In this document: positions 36,828 through 50,258 of the stretch, piece after piece | How positions within the stretch are numbered: the first letter of the stretch is position 1 | Layout of the letters: each line of letters opens with the position of its first letter | Source of the DNA: Sphagnum compactum | Taxonomy: Eukaryota | Length of the DNA: 64,000 nucleotides | Assembly: GCA_965153455.1 (NCBI GenBank) | Contig: OZ234494.1 | Span: 620,001-684,000 of the forward strand | Direction: 5' to 3' | The notes under the pieces: generated by a model | What the model saw: only the letters and a program-made list of their open reading frames with translations | The model's database searches: none | What the model was told of the DNA's origin: nothing | Made by a program: the position numbers and the translations under genes

Positions 36828-37789
36828 TGAAATGAATTAGGAAAGATTTCAGTAAGTCTGGTTACAAGCGAGATATGAAATATAAAGATTTAATCATCCT
36901 TCTAAAATGCTTTGTGCACACTCAAAACTAACTATAGAAATCTAGCAATTTCAGGAAAAAAATAAAATTAACTCCAAAAATTAACTTACACCCAAATTCA
37001 ATATATTAAAATTTAATGCGACAAACCTTAGTTTTCTAAAATAATTAATTTCGTTTCAACATGAAAGACCTTGCTATGTGGGTATGTGAATTAGGTGGGT
37101 ATCGGGGATGGCTTTCAAGTTAAAGGTTTTTTTTTTAAAAAAAAATTGAGCTTGGCCCGCCCAATCCAAAAGAGAAAACCCTTCACATTTTGAAAGTCAC
37201 CCAACATCAAAATTTCTATCCTAGATGGGTTGTAGATTTTTTCTCAAAATCCTGTTTTGTATCGATAGCTTTTATGAATGTAATATCTAAACCTGGCAAC
37301 TTTTAACAATTTGGCAAAATTTGGAAATATGGCAAAATTTGGCAAAACAATCCCAGAAAGACCTTTGTAGCATATGCATGTGATTCTTTTTTGACTGCCA
37401 CAATGCAAAAATTCACCCAAAAAAAACGAACCATTGACCATGACCCTCCCAAACTCTCAAGTACCCAACTCCACTTTGGTACCACCAAAAACCCTAAACC
37501 ATGAGACAGGGTATAATAAGTTTCTCATTTCACAATTGTTTGAACCAACAGAGCAAAAGTTATTCAATTTAAAGTGATTATTATTGTCCTTAGAATTTTT
37601 AGAATTTTAACAATGATTTTTTCACAAATTAACCTGGCAAAATTCCATATGAACATTGGAGTTAAACCCCCTGATAGTATTAAGATGGAAGGTTTTAAGT
37701 ATTAGAACCATATACATGGATCAATTACAAATTCTCTGACTTCGGTTACCGTTTTAAGTAACTTAAACATTAGAAAATCCCGCCAAAAA

Positions 37790-37925
37790 ACCTGAATTAA
37801 AACTAGGAACCTGTTTACATGTGGTGAACTCTTTTTGGAGGTGTAATCAAATTTGGTGAAATTTTTCAGAATCTACAAAAGAATAGTCTTCTTTTAACTT
37901 TTTTGGGTGCAATTTTGCACCACTT
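37790..37925. repeat. Dispersed repeat; inverted copy at ~53543-53680
   Basis: ggaacctgtttacatgtggtgaactcttttt..ggtgtaatcaaatttgg..gaatctacaaaa..ttaacttttttgggtgcaattttgc matches the reverse complement near 53545-53675. Confidence 0.8.
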
Positions 37926-40900
37926 TGTAAAAAAAAAAAAACAAAGAGTTGATATATCATGTGCTCTTTTGTCAATGCTTACAATGGTTCATTGTTGTCA
38001 ACATACATGCAACATAATATAAAAATATTTTGAATCATACTTAATAGATCCAAATCAAAATATGACCCGCATGTAACAATATAAGAATCCAAGCCCAAAA
38101 AACACATTGCGAATCACACAAATTCAATGCAAGAAAAACTTACATAAATCATAGAAAACAAGTAACAACCAAACATGTGTGTTTTGAAATCTCAAAAACG
38201 CCAAAAGCGATTTGAAAACACACAACTTGAAATTATATCCCACACACTAAATATTTAAAATTGTGTTCACAATAGAACAAGTTTTAAGCTTACTTACCTC
38301 AATTTATTTATAATAATTAGGATGTAGACATGTAACCAACAAAAACTTCCTAACAACCGTCATGCATTTGTTGTCGCCACATACAACCATCATTGTCAAC
38401 ACACATATAATCCATACTACAAGAATAACTTGAATAGTATAGCACATCTCCATCGTCCCTATATTTGGGCCTAGTCTTTCTAAGCCATATAGCAATGTAA
38501 AAATATCATATCGAAATCCACCATGAATGAACATTTTGGTTTTAAGGTGAAAAGACCAATAGGCTTGATGCAAATATGAGCCCCATCATTAATTTCCTAG
38601 GTGCATTCGAATGTTGGTCAATTCATAAGAATTAGGTGAAATGGCGGTTTTCACCCTAAATTTCACATTTATCATTTTTTTCTCGCACAAGGGCTGAAAT
38701 TCAAGTTTTTTGGTTCTCACTAAGTTAAGAACCGAGCATCATGAGAATCAATCATGTTCTTTTTGTTAAAAAAACTTTATACCTTGGGAAGGTATTGGGT
38801 TTAAAATACCAATCCCAATTCTCACCCTTGTATAAAGGAACTTAAAAAATACATGTCAAGTGTCAAGTGATTGTTAAGAAAAAACTAGTCTCAATGATTT
38901 GTTTTCAAAATTGAGACCCAAGTTCCCATTTGGGCTAAACCTAGGTTTGATTCTCAACCCAATAGGTAATAGAGTTTTCCATAAAATAAAGAAATAAAAA
39001 TCATAAAATCATAAAAAGGATGAAATTTCTAAAACCTATTGAAAAAAATACATTGGACTTAAATAGAAATCAATGTGACCTCAGACTTTAAATTTCATCC
39101 TATATGTCTTTTCTTAATCGTTGTCTACTAATCAATATTGTTCATTGGTGATGTTGGTTGTATTGTAGCTATAAATGATTTTAAACCATGTGCATTAAAT
39201 CCTAAGTTTCAACATTTTATTCCCATATTTTTTTAAAAATCTTATTTACAATAGTGAACTTAAAGCTTGAAAGAGGGTTTGGGGATGAAAGAAGGGCACC
39301 AAATAGGTCAAAGCAAGGTCGCTTTACGGAAAACTTTAGTAGGGAGGATTTTTTTAAAAGTGAGAATTGAATTTGTGAAAACCGGTGTTGAAAACTGATT
39401 GTTCTAAAATGAATGACAACCAAAAACTTTAAAAACCAGATTATAATTTATATTTAAAAATATTGAGAACCAGGTCAATTCTCTCCAACACTAAGTTTTA
39501 AAAAAAATCAAGACCGGATTTCCACCAACCAATAACAAGCTAAAAAAAGAAAAACACAACTAATGAGGTCCAAAACATGAACTCTACTAATAGGGGTAAT
39601 TGACTTTTAAGGGTCATTAAACTTTGTATGGTACCCTCAATCTATTTCTAGTGGTAAGGTGTTGTATACACAAGTGAATATGTAGCTTCGTATAAAGGAC
39701 ATGGCTCAACAACACTTAAAAATGGTTAGCATTAAAAGGAGGCATTCAAGAAATTCAACCATGCTTGGAATGAAAGATTAACTATGCATTTTATTGCCGT
39801 CAAATTTGCCGAAACGTTTTTTTGTTATTTGAGTAACAATCACATAAAACATTACATTAATAACTTAAATCAATGATTTTGGAAATATTTGTGACATCTA
39901 TTTTGTATCTTATTTAACTAATTATTGTTCCTTGCACAAATTTCATTTTCCAATACATTTTTTAAACATCAAAAGATCAAATATTGGTAACCATTATTGT
40001 CATGGTTGTAAAAAGTTGTAGAAAGTTTTTATTATGATTACTAGGAAGGAAATCATGTGACATAAAAACGAAATGATCCATTATAAGTTCTTGATTGGCT
40101 AGGTAGCTCTCAATGGTCATGTAACTAGGTACTTGTTTCATTTTGAATTCTTTGGTTGTTCATGCACCAAGTTTAAGGTGAACTTCATGCAAGGGGGCGT
40201 TTTGATTTCTACTTGGCAGAATGGTCCCAACATGTTGAAATGGTCTCCTACTCACTCATGATGAAATTTACACATGGCTAAAATGAAATATCCCACAACA
40301 CAAGGATTTGTCATCCCCTTTTTGACATTATTTTATTTTACGACTATTTTATAGGCAACAAGAAAAAAAAACCCATTTGGGTTAAATAATTACCAGCAAG
40401 GATTTTAAACTTGAATATCTAAACCAATCTAAATATGTATGTTAAATAATCCATGCAAGGATGCCAACAATTACCTCGAGAGGTGTGCGCTCGTTTTGAA
40501 GTGGAACCCCCTCGAACTTGGTATTATCGCATTTCTCCAAACTCTCGCACCCTAGTGATCTTGTTGCAAGTCGACCCTGCTTCTGGTGACGAACTTGAAA
40601 TTGTCTGTGAAGGTTATTACGAAACTGAAGACACTTCTATCTATCTGTGCATGGTCTTCAATTCCCGGTGTTGGACACTATCGTTGGTTATGCGGTCTAA
40701 TTTGTCGACTGCCTCCTAATAGCAAGGCGAATTACTTAGTTCGCACCATTCGACGCCCCCTAGATTTCCTACAGTTATGAATTATTGTTGTAGCATATCC
40801 TAGGATTCAACTTGTAATTGCAGCTCCTTGTTGAGCTTATCCGTAATTTAAATAAATGTTTCATTCATTATGGAATTTTTGTTACCATTGCTACCCTATC

Positions 40901-42971
40901 ACACTATTTATTTAATCGTCAAGTTGTTTCGAACTAATCTTATGCTTATAAGATTTGAAGATTGTTCTATCTCTATTGGACCTTTCATTGACACCCCTTC
41001 AACTACTTCATGAATCTCAAACATCCTTGCTACTCATTAAATACTATAACAAGACAAATGTTTTGCTGAACACCACGAATTTTGGTGTCTACTTCTACCC
41101 CCAACCCTCTAGAGATTTCTCACCCTTAATTATGCAATTGAGGTCTTAAAACTATGGTTACTAATTTTTTGTTGAAGAAAAGAGCCAACTCAACACCTTA
41201 TTCACCAATATCGTATTTCGAAAAAAAAAACAACCCCCCCACGCAACCATGTGCATTCATCATTCTTTATTCTAACATGAAGTTGCTAAAAACCCCTAAT
41301 AACTTTACCACACTCGAATAACCTTGGCGTAGCTCTTAAAAATTGAGAATACTACACATGGTTATGTTGGTATGGCTCATAGTAGCAATGTTTGTTTTCT
41401 TTCAATATTGTGTTATAACCAAATTGGTGATCATGTAAAAGATGACTTAACCAAGTTTGGCTAAAGACTAGATATTAAAGTTTAGAAAATAAAAATATTT
41501 TTATATTTTGGCAACTTGCTATAACCTTTTGTACACCATTATTTGCCAATTAAGTTGGACTATGACTTGCAAACTTTAGGACATCTTGAAAATAGTTGTT
41601 TAAAACTTAAAGGAAGTCCAATCATGAAGTTGAAGAGTATGCTGCCCACCTTTGACACAACATATTTACAAGACTGATTACATTGGTCTTGTGCTTCACT
41701 TTAAATGTCTTTTTTTTGTTTCTGAGGAATAATTAGTGTGTGTAGCTTTGCACCAACTTTGAAGTATCAAGGGCAAAAATTTGTCCTTTCTCTTAAGATT
41801 GCAAAGCCAGATTGTGGATATATTTGTACATCTTGACAAGGGTAATGCCCATTAGTCATTTGCAAAAGCTATTTATACTGATGGTCATTTTTATCAAAGG
41901 GAGATATTGTCAAGCTTAATTTTCTTCTGGGAATGTGCTATTGTAAATTGTGAAGCTATATCGTATATGAAATTTTTTTTCAACAAAAGACTTTTCAGGC
42001 TTTTTTTTGTTGTCTAAGTGTGGATGGGATGCAAGGTCCACAACCTATAGTTGGGAAAATATTGTATGTCAGTGTTATTCTAATAGGTTCTAACAACACA
42101 TTTATTTGGATTTCAAGCCAATGGTTCAAGTAGTCATTTTTCATATTTATCTATTATTAGTTACATAGTTGGGTCTTCTGGTTATTGCTGATGACTTTTC
42201 TATCCTTGCACTTGTTAACATATATCATTATTGTTGATTGTTGTTAGATTTGTAAGAATGAGTAGTGGTTGAGAGTTATTTGTTACTCGATGGTCATTAG
42301 ATGATTGGTCTTAATGAAAGACAACATGACTAAGACCCATTTTTTAAGGGTCCATGTGCCCAAGCCCACAAAAGGTGGAACTAAGTAAAACTAATTTGAG
42401 CCCTAAAAGCCTGGGCCCAAACTAATGATGGACCAAATCATCCTTGCCATTAATGTTCTTCATATGTTGTGAATGTGTTGTAACAATTTGTGCATTTGGA
42501 AACTTTGCATGTGTTAATATTACTTTGTTTTTATAGTGTTGAGCCAAAAACTTAGGACACAAAGTTTTTGTCCAATGGTTTGCCAAAATTTACGGGCTAA
42601 CTATTGTTTTCACTCATGGTTGGGAGCTGATGAAATTAATGGGTAGAAATGATAATTCATCATTGTTATTCATGGTGAATGCGAAACTTTGACATTTTGT
42701 GAGCCTAACCTCATTTAAGTGTTACTAATATGCTTGTCACCATATGAATTCAACATGCAATGCCTTGGTCCCAACATACACTAGTACATATCAAGGTGAA
42801 GGACTCCAAGTGTAAGTAATTATTTTGTTATTTGGTTGGCATTTGTTGTTAATGACTATACTAGAGTCCAAGGAGAAGTAATGTTGGTTAATTTTGAGAA
42901 AGTTGAGTGCCGTTGTGAGATTATTGCAGGTGACTATGTCATCAATGCCACAATTGCCACACCAAAAGGAA

Positions 42972-44789
42972 CCACCAAAGGATATTGATAGTCGAGCCTG
43001 ATGCCTCGTTAAGGGGCCTTGAAAAGACTCCCACAATCTTGGACCCATAATGTCCCCACATACCTACATAACTCTCCCATCGAAACTTGCCAAAAGAGAC
43101 ATGAAGGAAAAAGAAAGAAGTACTATCTGTGTGAAATAAGAAGGTTGATGAGTTACACATGAGGATAAAATGCCCAAGGCAACCTGGGCGTCTCCTAAAA
43201 GAGGAAAATTATCAATATGCACCATGTCCTGAAATAAAACCTCATCCAAAAACTGCGTGGTAAAGTCTTAAAAATCCACTGGCACATCCATAATGTGTAA
43301 ACCATCTATGACCAAGGTGTAGCCTTGAAGAATCTTTATCCTAGAAAGATCCGTGATGGACTCCAAAGCTTGCACTTTAACACCTTAACCCTAAACCCAA
43401 ATAGGGCTAATTGGGTCGAAAGGTGGTCAAAAGCACGGGTAATTTCATTCAAAGGCCCCACGATGTGCGTATTGTCCACATCGTGCCTGAAAATGATTCA
43501 ATAATGGTGACCCCCTCCACATGCCGCCCATGTTGGTAATAAAAAGAAGAATGAACGCCATAAAACAACCTGGTAAAGGGGACAATGTTTGCCAAAGGCC
43601 CCCCACAATTCTCTAAAAATAGCAACTTGAGAAATGATATTAAAAACATTTTTGACATTGACCTGCAACACGGCCCAATCAAGTAAGTCAAGGAGGGCTG
43701 AGATGCCAAAAGGGATGGCCTCATAGCCTTTAGGGGTTGAAACCTCAAATTGGTGGGGGGATAGGTGCTCCTGAAATGGCCCCCAAAGTTGTATGACAAT
43801 AGGACGAAAACCACCAGTGTCTTTTGCCATTGCCAACAATCTATTAACCCCCAACACCATGACCACTGACTTAGGGATATCCCCACAAGCAACAACAACC
43901 GCAACTTGGAATAATTCTGAAAACCTTGAAGATGAGTCCTTTGGTATGAAACATTTCGAAATATGTTCATATACCATCCCAAAAAACCCACCTGAAGACA
44001 AATGGGGAGTAGTGGCTAAGGCTTGGGCAAATAAAATTTTATCCAGGACAAATGTGTGCTCATGCTGATAATCAAAAATAGGTGGAGGGACAAGGTCTAA
44101 AGGAGGAAGGTGCAGCTAGTGCAGGGTAACAACAAAATCTTCTGAAAGAATAGCTAACATCATGGGCTAGAAAGCTATGGCAACACAACTGTATTCACCA
44201 TCCTTAAAGTTAAACATCGATAAAAACGAATGGTTGAAGAGTCTTCCCATGAATGGAGAGAACGGGGCGCATAAGAAGCACATGAAGACTTTTTCTAAAG
44301 GGAAACCCACTCACTCGCTAAAAACCTCCTGAGGTGAATAAAAACCTTTTGTTGACTTGAACGACCACCTCGAGTATAGAACAAACACCAGCATGGCAAC
44401 ATGATGAATAGGTACCAGGTTAACTTGTCCATGGGGTCTTGGGCAATTTGGTCAAAGGGTAAGCAAAAAGCTTGCTTGACCTTGTTTTGGATGGCTTCAG
44501 GGATCCTACGAAACAAACAAAGGCACACGAAACAAGACTCAAATAGCCCCAAAATGAAGTTCGACTGGGTTTGAAGCTAACCTCAAGAAACAAGAGGAAT
44601 AGAACCAAGGAGAAGCATAGGAGGGGAAGACACTTGCAAAGAAAAAACAACATGGCTAGCCTAGGGAACAAGGTTAGCGAGAGGGTGAACATTTTTTATA
44701 TGCTTTGAGAGGTTGCCTAAAGTGTAAAGACTAGAACAATGAGGACAAGGGTTATCTTGAACTGATGGGGGACACAAAGAGGGAGCCAT
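42972..44789 (-). mobile_element. Degenerate non-LTR retrotransposon, CRE/R2-like (RLE-type) clade, 3'-truncated
   Basis: N-terminal C2H2 finger CPHCSSLYTLGNLSKHIKNVH. RT motifs SSGGFFGMVYEHI, RLLAMAKDTGGFRPI, HQFEVSTPKGYEAI, VLQVNVKNVFN, then (Y)VDNTHIVG. Downstream DAQVALGILSSC and QARLSISFGG. Many stops and frameshifts. Confidence 0.8.
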
Positions 44790-47019
44790 TTGACAACAAA
44801 AACAACTAAAAAAAAAACCCCCCCTAAGAAGTGAAACCCTAAGCACCTCCCCCCCAAACAGTACAAAAACTTTCCTGCCATTGCTCGCTAGCAATGGTGG
44901 GCCCAGTCATGGTTGCCATGGTCAAGGAACTCTGTCACGAAGTAGCAACGTTTCCTAATTGGCTATTGTAGATTTTAGTTGTAATAAAAGTTGATGTTTT
45001 GTTGTTGCATGTGTTTTTATGACACTTGTGTCATTGTTGCATCACCTTTTGACCATTGCTTGCTTGTTCAATTGCTTCTTGTAACTGTTGCTGTGAACTT
45101 CCCTGTAGTTACAATTTTCTTTTTTCTCTCTTTCCTTTCCCATTGCTTCATGTAGTGATGAACACGGTTATATTGATACATAACTGACCCATAACATATG
45201 GAATCCTGTTGCACATAATTAAATGGTAGCCAATTTTAGTTTCACAGCTGAAACTTAGGTTCAACTTTTTTTGGGTCTACTTTCCCCATTTTTTGCAACC
45301 ATGTAAAAAATAGACAAGTGCTCTTTGGCACGCACAATTTGATTAGCAGAATGATTGATAATTTTGAAAATTCTGAAACTATTTTCATTTATGGCAACTC
45401 ACAAAATAATGCACCCCACACCTCCCCCTTGATGCTCCTCGTCTGTGCTGTCAATCACCCATTCATAATGCAGAGGTATCAGTTCTAAATTCATTTGCAA
45501 TTTCTGCATTAATTAACGATATGTGCATTACCCAATCAAGATGATATTGTTCAAAACCCAAATCCTGTTCATGAATTCCTGATTGACTATCAAATATTTC
45601 AATTGTTTTGGCTGATGAGATGGGAAAATCTTTCCTTGATCAATTTTGAGGTTCTGAGATGTGTTGGGATGTTTGCAGTACCTCCTAGAAAGACTGGCCA
45701 TCACCAAATATGAAACTGATGGTGCCTTGGTTGAAGTAACCATAGAAGTAGTGGTGCCATCAGATTTGTTGAGCAAGATCTATGTATTGTGCAAGGATCT
45801 GCGGCAAGATTGAATTTGAGTCAAATGACCTTCAAACTCCAGGTTGAAATCCATCTCAATACCCACTGATTTTTCTGTGCAATGGCCACTAATTTCTTTG
45901 ATTAGATCTTATGAGTCCCAAGGCTGTTTTTGCTGTGAATCACTATGCAAGCCTTTTTTCTCTATCAGAAGATGAAGCTCATTCCCAGGACATCATGAAA
46001 TTCTTTTGACTCCAGTCTATACACCAGTGATTTTTTTTCAATTTTTTCATTTCGCACCAAAAGTGATGATCAGCCACCAGAAGATTTGGCCAAATCTGGC
46101 TACAAGTCAAAAAGGCAAGTAGAAAAATCTAAGAATATTACTGGATGTTGGTGAACCACTTTAATCTATTAGCTAAATATGGAGATTTCAAAAGAGGCAG
46201 GCTATAAATATTCTCAGATTCTCCAAAAATCTTAACAAACCCCAAACTTTTTTACTATAAATATGGCAATTTTTTTAGGGATTTTTCAAAAAATTGCACT
46301 GACCATGTTGCTGGGCACTTCTTTTTTATAGCTAAGTGGCGAGTTTTCGCCAAAAAAAAGACGCTGGTCTATAGACTCAGTAAAGCCCTCACCCACAGTC
46401 TTCGCAAGAATCAGCCTTGCACTCAGCTCCACCTCATGTGAGTCCTTATTATCGTAAAGCTCAGGGCCTTGAAGTTTAGTTCACATAAAGATCTTGTCAT
46501 TTATTGTTCACCCACTCCCTCACTGCCCCCCAGTGGGTCCTGTGTGGGACAAAACTGCCACAAATGCTGCAATGGGATCTAACGCAATTTTTTTACCTTT
46601 ATGGCAATAGACTCTAGTTTCAACTCGTTGTACAACTCTGCAGTGACAAGTTGTTTCACGCATGTCTCACAAAGATGCAGCAGCGCATCAACCCGTGTGT
46701 AAGAGGGTTTGTTTCAGCTTTTGCAGATATTTGATTCAGTTCTTTGTTTTTCATGTTTTGTTGCACCATTGAAGAACCTAAAACCTATGTAAACACAAGT
46801 TTGTAACATTCAGAAGATGAATACATATTATAAATTGACCAATCCATCAAACCTATAGGTGTCGAATTACATTTGTAACAGTTGTAGTTCAAACTATGGA
46901 TTATTTAAAGTTAAAACTTGAATTACAAATTGTGAACTACAATTTGTTGAAGAAGAAAACTTTGTAACATGCATAGGGCTCCTCTACTAATGTTTACACA
47001 CTACAAAACATTTTTTCAC

Positions 47020-47186
47020 TGAAACATTTTGTGACATCAACAAACGCTCTAACAAAATGTTGTCAAGACATTTCTTCGACAAAACATTTTGTGCCATCAA
47101 CAAACACGCCCTAACAAAATGTTGTCAAAACATTTCTTTGATGAAACATTTTGTGCCATCAACAAATGCCCTAACAAAATGTTGTT
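47020..47186. repeat. Tandem repeat, ~61 bp unit, 3 copies
   Basis: aaacattttgtgccatcaacaaacgccctaacaaaatgttgtcaa repeated. Confidence 0.85.
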
Positions 47187-49513
47187 TGCTATACGTGGCC
47201 ACTTCCACAAATATTTGAAGCCATCGATTTGTAACAAGTTAAAAAGCTGACCAGAGCAACGTCTTTAACTTGCAGATTTTCCTGTGCTCCCATTTCGTTG
47301 CCTCCACTGCCCTCATTGCCAAAGTTGTTAGAATAATTTGACAAGGGCAAATTAAACTTTCCATTGACAACAAAACATTATTGAGCACAATTACAAAATA
47401 CTTTGAAGCTGTACAACGATGGAGATAAGTGAGAAGGTACTACACTTGCTTTAAGGTTTAAGGTTTTTAATTCTGGAAACATTACGTGGTTTTGTCTCAC
47501 ACAAAATGGCTATAGCTTTTGAAATTGGTTAGGGTTATAGGTTAGCAAAGTGATTCATAACTTGACATGGGCCATGCCAGTACATGGCATGTGATGATCC
47601 CATGGATGTAATGGGATGGGGGGGACATTATGTGGGGTGGGGGTGTAACATGCCTACATGGCAGTTATGCCAACAGGTTGATGGGTTATGGGCAGGTGTA
47701 GGGTTGCTGACGTCATGGATAGGGTGGTAGTACTTTTGTATCGAACCATTCCTTTGGCATGTTTAATGTTTGCCATGAACAAGCAGTTACATGGGTATGT
47801 AGCCTAGGAGGGGGTCTAGAGCTATGAGGATTATTATTATTAATCCCTTCTAGCACATAAATAGATTAATCAAACATATTTCAAAACAACACTTGCAATA
47901 TTTGTCATTCACATGATTTCAAACATGAAATTTTTCACTCTTTTGGAATAGGATCACTCACACACCTAAAGTTAAATCTTAATCTGAAAATTATACCCCA
48001 AGGGAGTTCATCACACGCGCCTAGAAATTCTCTTATATGAGGATTACTCATTGAAAGACTATAAAGTTACCACAATGACATTCACAATAATTTTCACATT
48101 TTATTTCTTCAAAGTTTCCTATTCACATATGATATTTCTATAAGTCTTGATCTAACTAACAATATGAAATTATTGAATGCAAATTATGAGTCAAAAGTTT
48201 CAATATCTACCCCTTATATATTTGAAAGAAAAAAATGAATGGATAGTCAACCACATCCATCTGCATCTATTCCTCATATATCAAATCAATCATCAAGTGC
48301 CATTCATAACTTTTCATCCTTCTATGGATAGGTTTTACATTATTTGGAGTCTAAGATTTGGTCAAGTTTACATAGTTGACCTCCCATTATTACTAACCTA
48401 AAATAGTTATGTAAATTATTCATAATCAACCTTTCTGCCTTTAGTCAAAAGATTATCAGCTGTTATAAGGCCCATGAAATTCATTACTTTATTCCCCATT
48501 TTTATCCATACTATTATCCCAAACCATAATATTATTATTTGTAATTATAACTCCTAGTAATTTTTGTTGTTACACGTACACTAGTGAAATGAAGATACTA
48601 GAATAAATGTTGTTTCACCCTAGCCTAAATTATCCTAATTCATCAAGGCATACATTGATGTCAGAGCTCCTCATGTACACACGGTTACAAGTATGTGGGA
48701 TGGGTGGGGTCAACAACATGAGGTTCATTTTGAAGACACTTTCCGAAGTCCAGAAGTTGGCCTACTCAATGTTTTTATTTCCTAGCATTTTTTGTCAATT
48801 CTTTTCAAGATTTCTAAAACCTTGCAGAGAACAGAGTTGGAACACAAGAATTTTGAAATTCTGAAATTAAATAAAAGGAACAGGAGGGGTTTTAGAAATT
48901 AAAGAACCCAAGGTTTTGTAATTCTGAAAATTTTTAAAAATCAGAACCAGAAAAGCTTTTATTTCTAAAATTTAAAAAACTGGAATTGTAGAGCAGGTGA
49001 TCAAAATCAATTGAAAATTAAATCCAAGATGTGTACAATGCTGGTTTGAACTTCAAACCTTATTTTGTTGTTGGACCTGCTTAAACTAGGTAGGTTGGCA
49101 ACTTCCTACAATAACCAGTTACCCAACGCTTCAAGTACACTTTTAAAGGTGCAATCACACTTTTTTTTAGGGTTTATGGTGTTAAGTAACTTAACGTCTA
49201 GGTAATATCATAAAACAAAAAGTCAACTATGTTAGAGTAGCATTAACTTGAATTGTTTCTTAATTTTTTTGCTTTCCATTCACGACTACATTACTGTTAA
49301 TTTAAATTATAATTTCAAAAAAAAACTTACCTTTTTCATGATGGAGTCACACCATCAAGATCAATGTTATTGAATGTGTAGGAAAAACAGGGAGGGGAAA
49401 GAGAGAGAAACTTAGAAAATCCATAATATTTGGGGCCTAATAAGGCTATTTAAATGGGTTTTGAGGGTTTTACCTTGATCCAAATGTGAGGGTCAATTCG
49501 CCCTGGCCCCCAA

Positions 49514-50258
49514 TGTCAAGCTCCATGGTAGAAGGCCAGCAGCAGTTTCCCCTGCACACCATTGGGTTTGAAATAACTCAGGTCATCGTCCTAGTATTAT
49601 TGAGCTTGGGGGAACCAGCACATAGACAGTAGTTTCACCTTCAAACGAAGGACACATTTATGACTTACAAGTGCCTGAAATAATGTGGGGCCGAACCGCG
49701 GAAAGTCCAGGGGCAGTCACCAAAGTCAAGCTCAATCAAGCTCAATGGCAGAGGGCCAGCAGCAGTTTCCCCTGCACACCACTAGGTTTGAAATAACTCA
49801 CCGAATCCTCCTAGCATTATCAGGCCAGGTGAAACCCAATAAACACCGGATTTCTGTTTTTTGCACAAATGGAAAACAATCCATTGCAAAGCAGAAAAGG
49901 TACAAAAGATAGGCCATGATTTTTATTTATTTTTGTGGAAAGCCTTTGGCAAGGCCCCAACGTCAAGCTCGATCAAGCTCAATGCAGAGGGCCAGCAGCA
50001 GTTTCCCCTGCACACCACTGGGTTTGAGATAACTCACCGAATCCTCCTAGCATTATTACGCCAGGTGAAACCCAATAAACACGGGATTTCTGTTTTTTTG
50101 CACAAATGGAAAACAATCCATTGGAAAGCAGAAAAGGTACAAAAGATAGGCCATCATTTTCATTTATTTTTGTGGAAAGCCTTCCGCAAGGCCCCAAAGT
50201 CAAGCTCAATGGCAGAGGGCCAGCATGAGTTTCACCTGCACACCACTGGGTTTGAAAC
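49514..50258. repeat. Tandem repeat, ~230-bp unit, 4 partial or complete copies
   Basis: tcaagctcaatggcagagggccagcagcagtttcccctgcacaccact.ggtttga at ~49516, 49736, 49973, 50200; copies 2 and 3 are near-identical over their full length. Confidence 0.9.

Noticed and set aside
45425-45815. Possible orphan exons (..HNAE|gt ... ag|YLLERLAITKYETDGALVEV..)
   Set aside because: Splice-like sites are present but there is no recognisable family or full gene model; needs BLASTx
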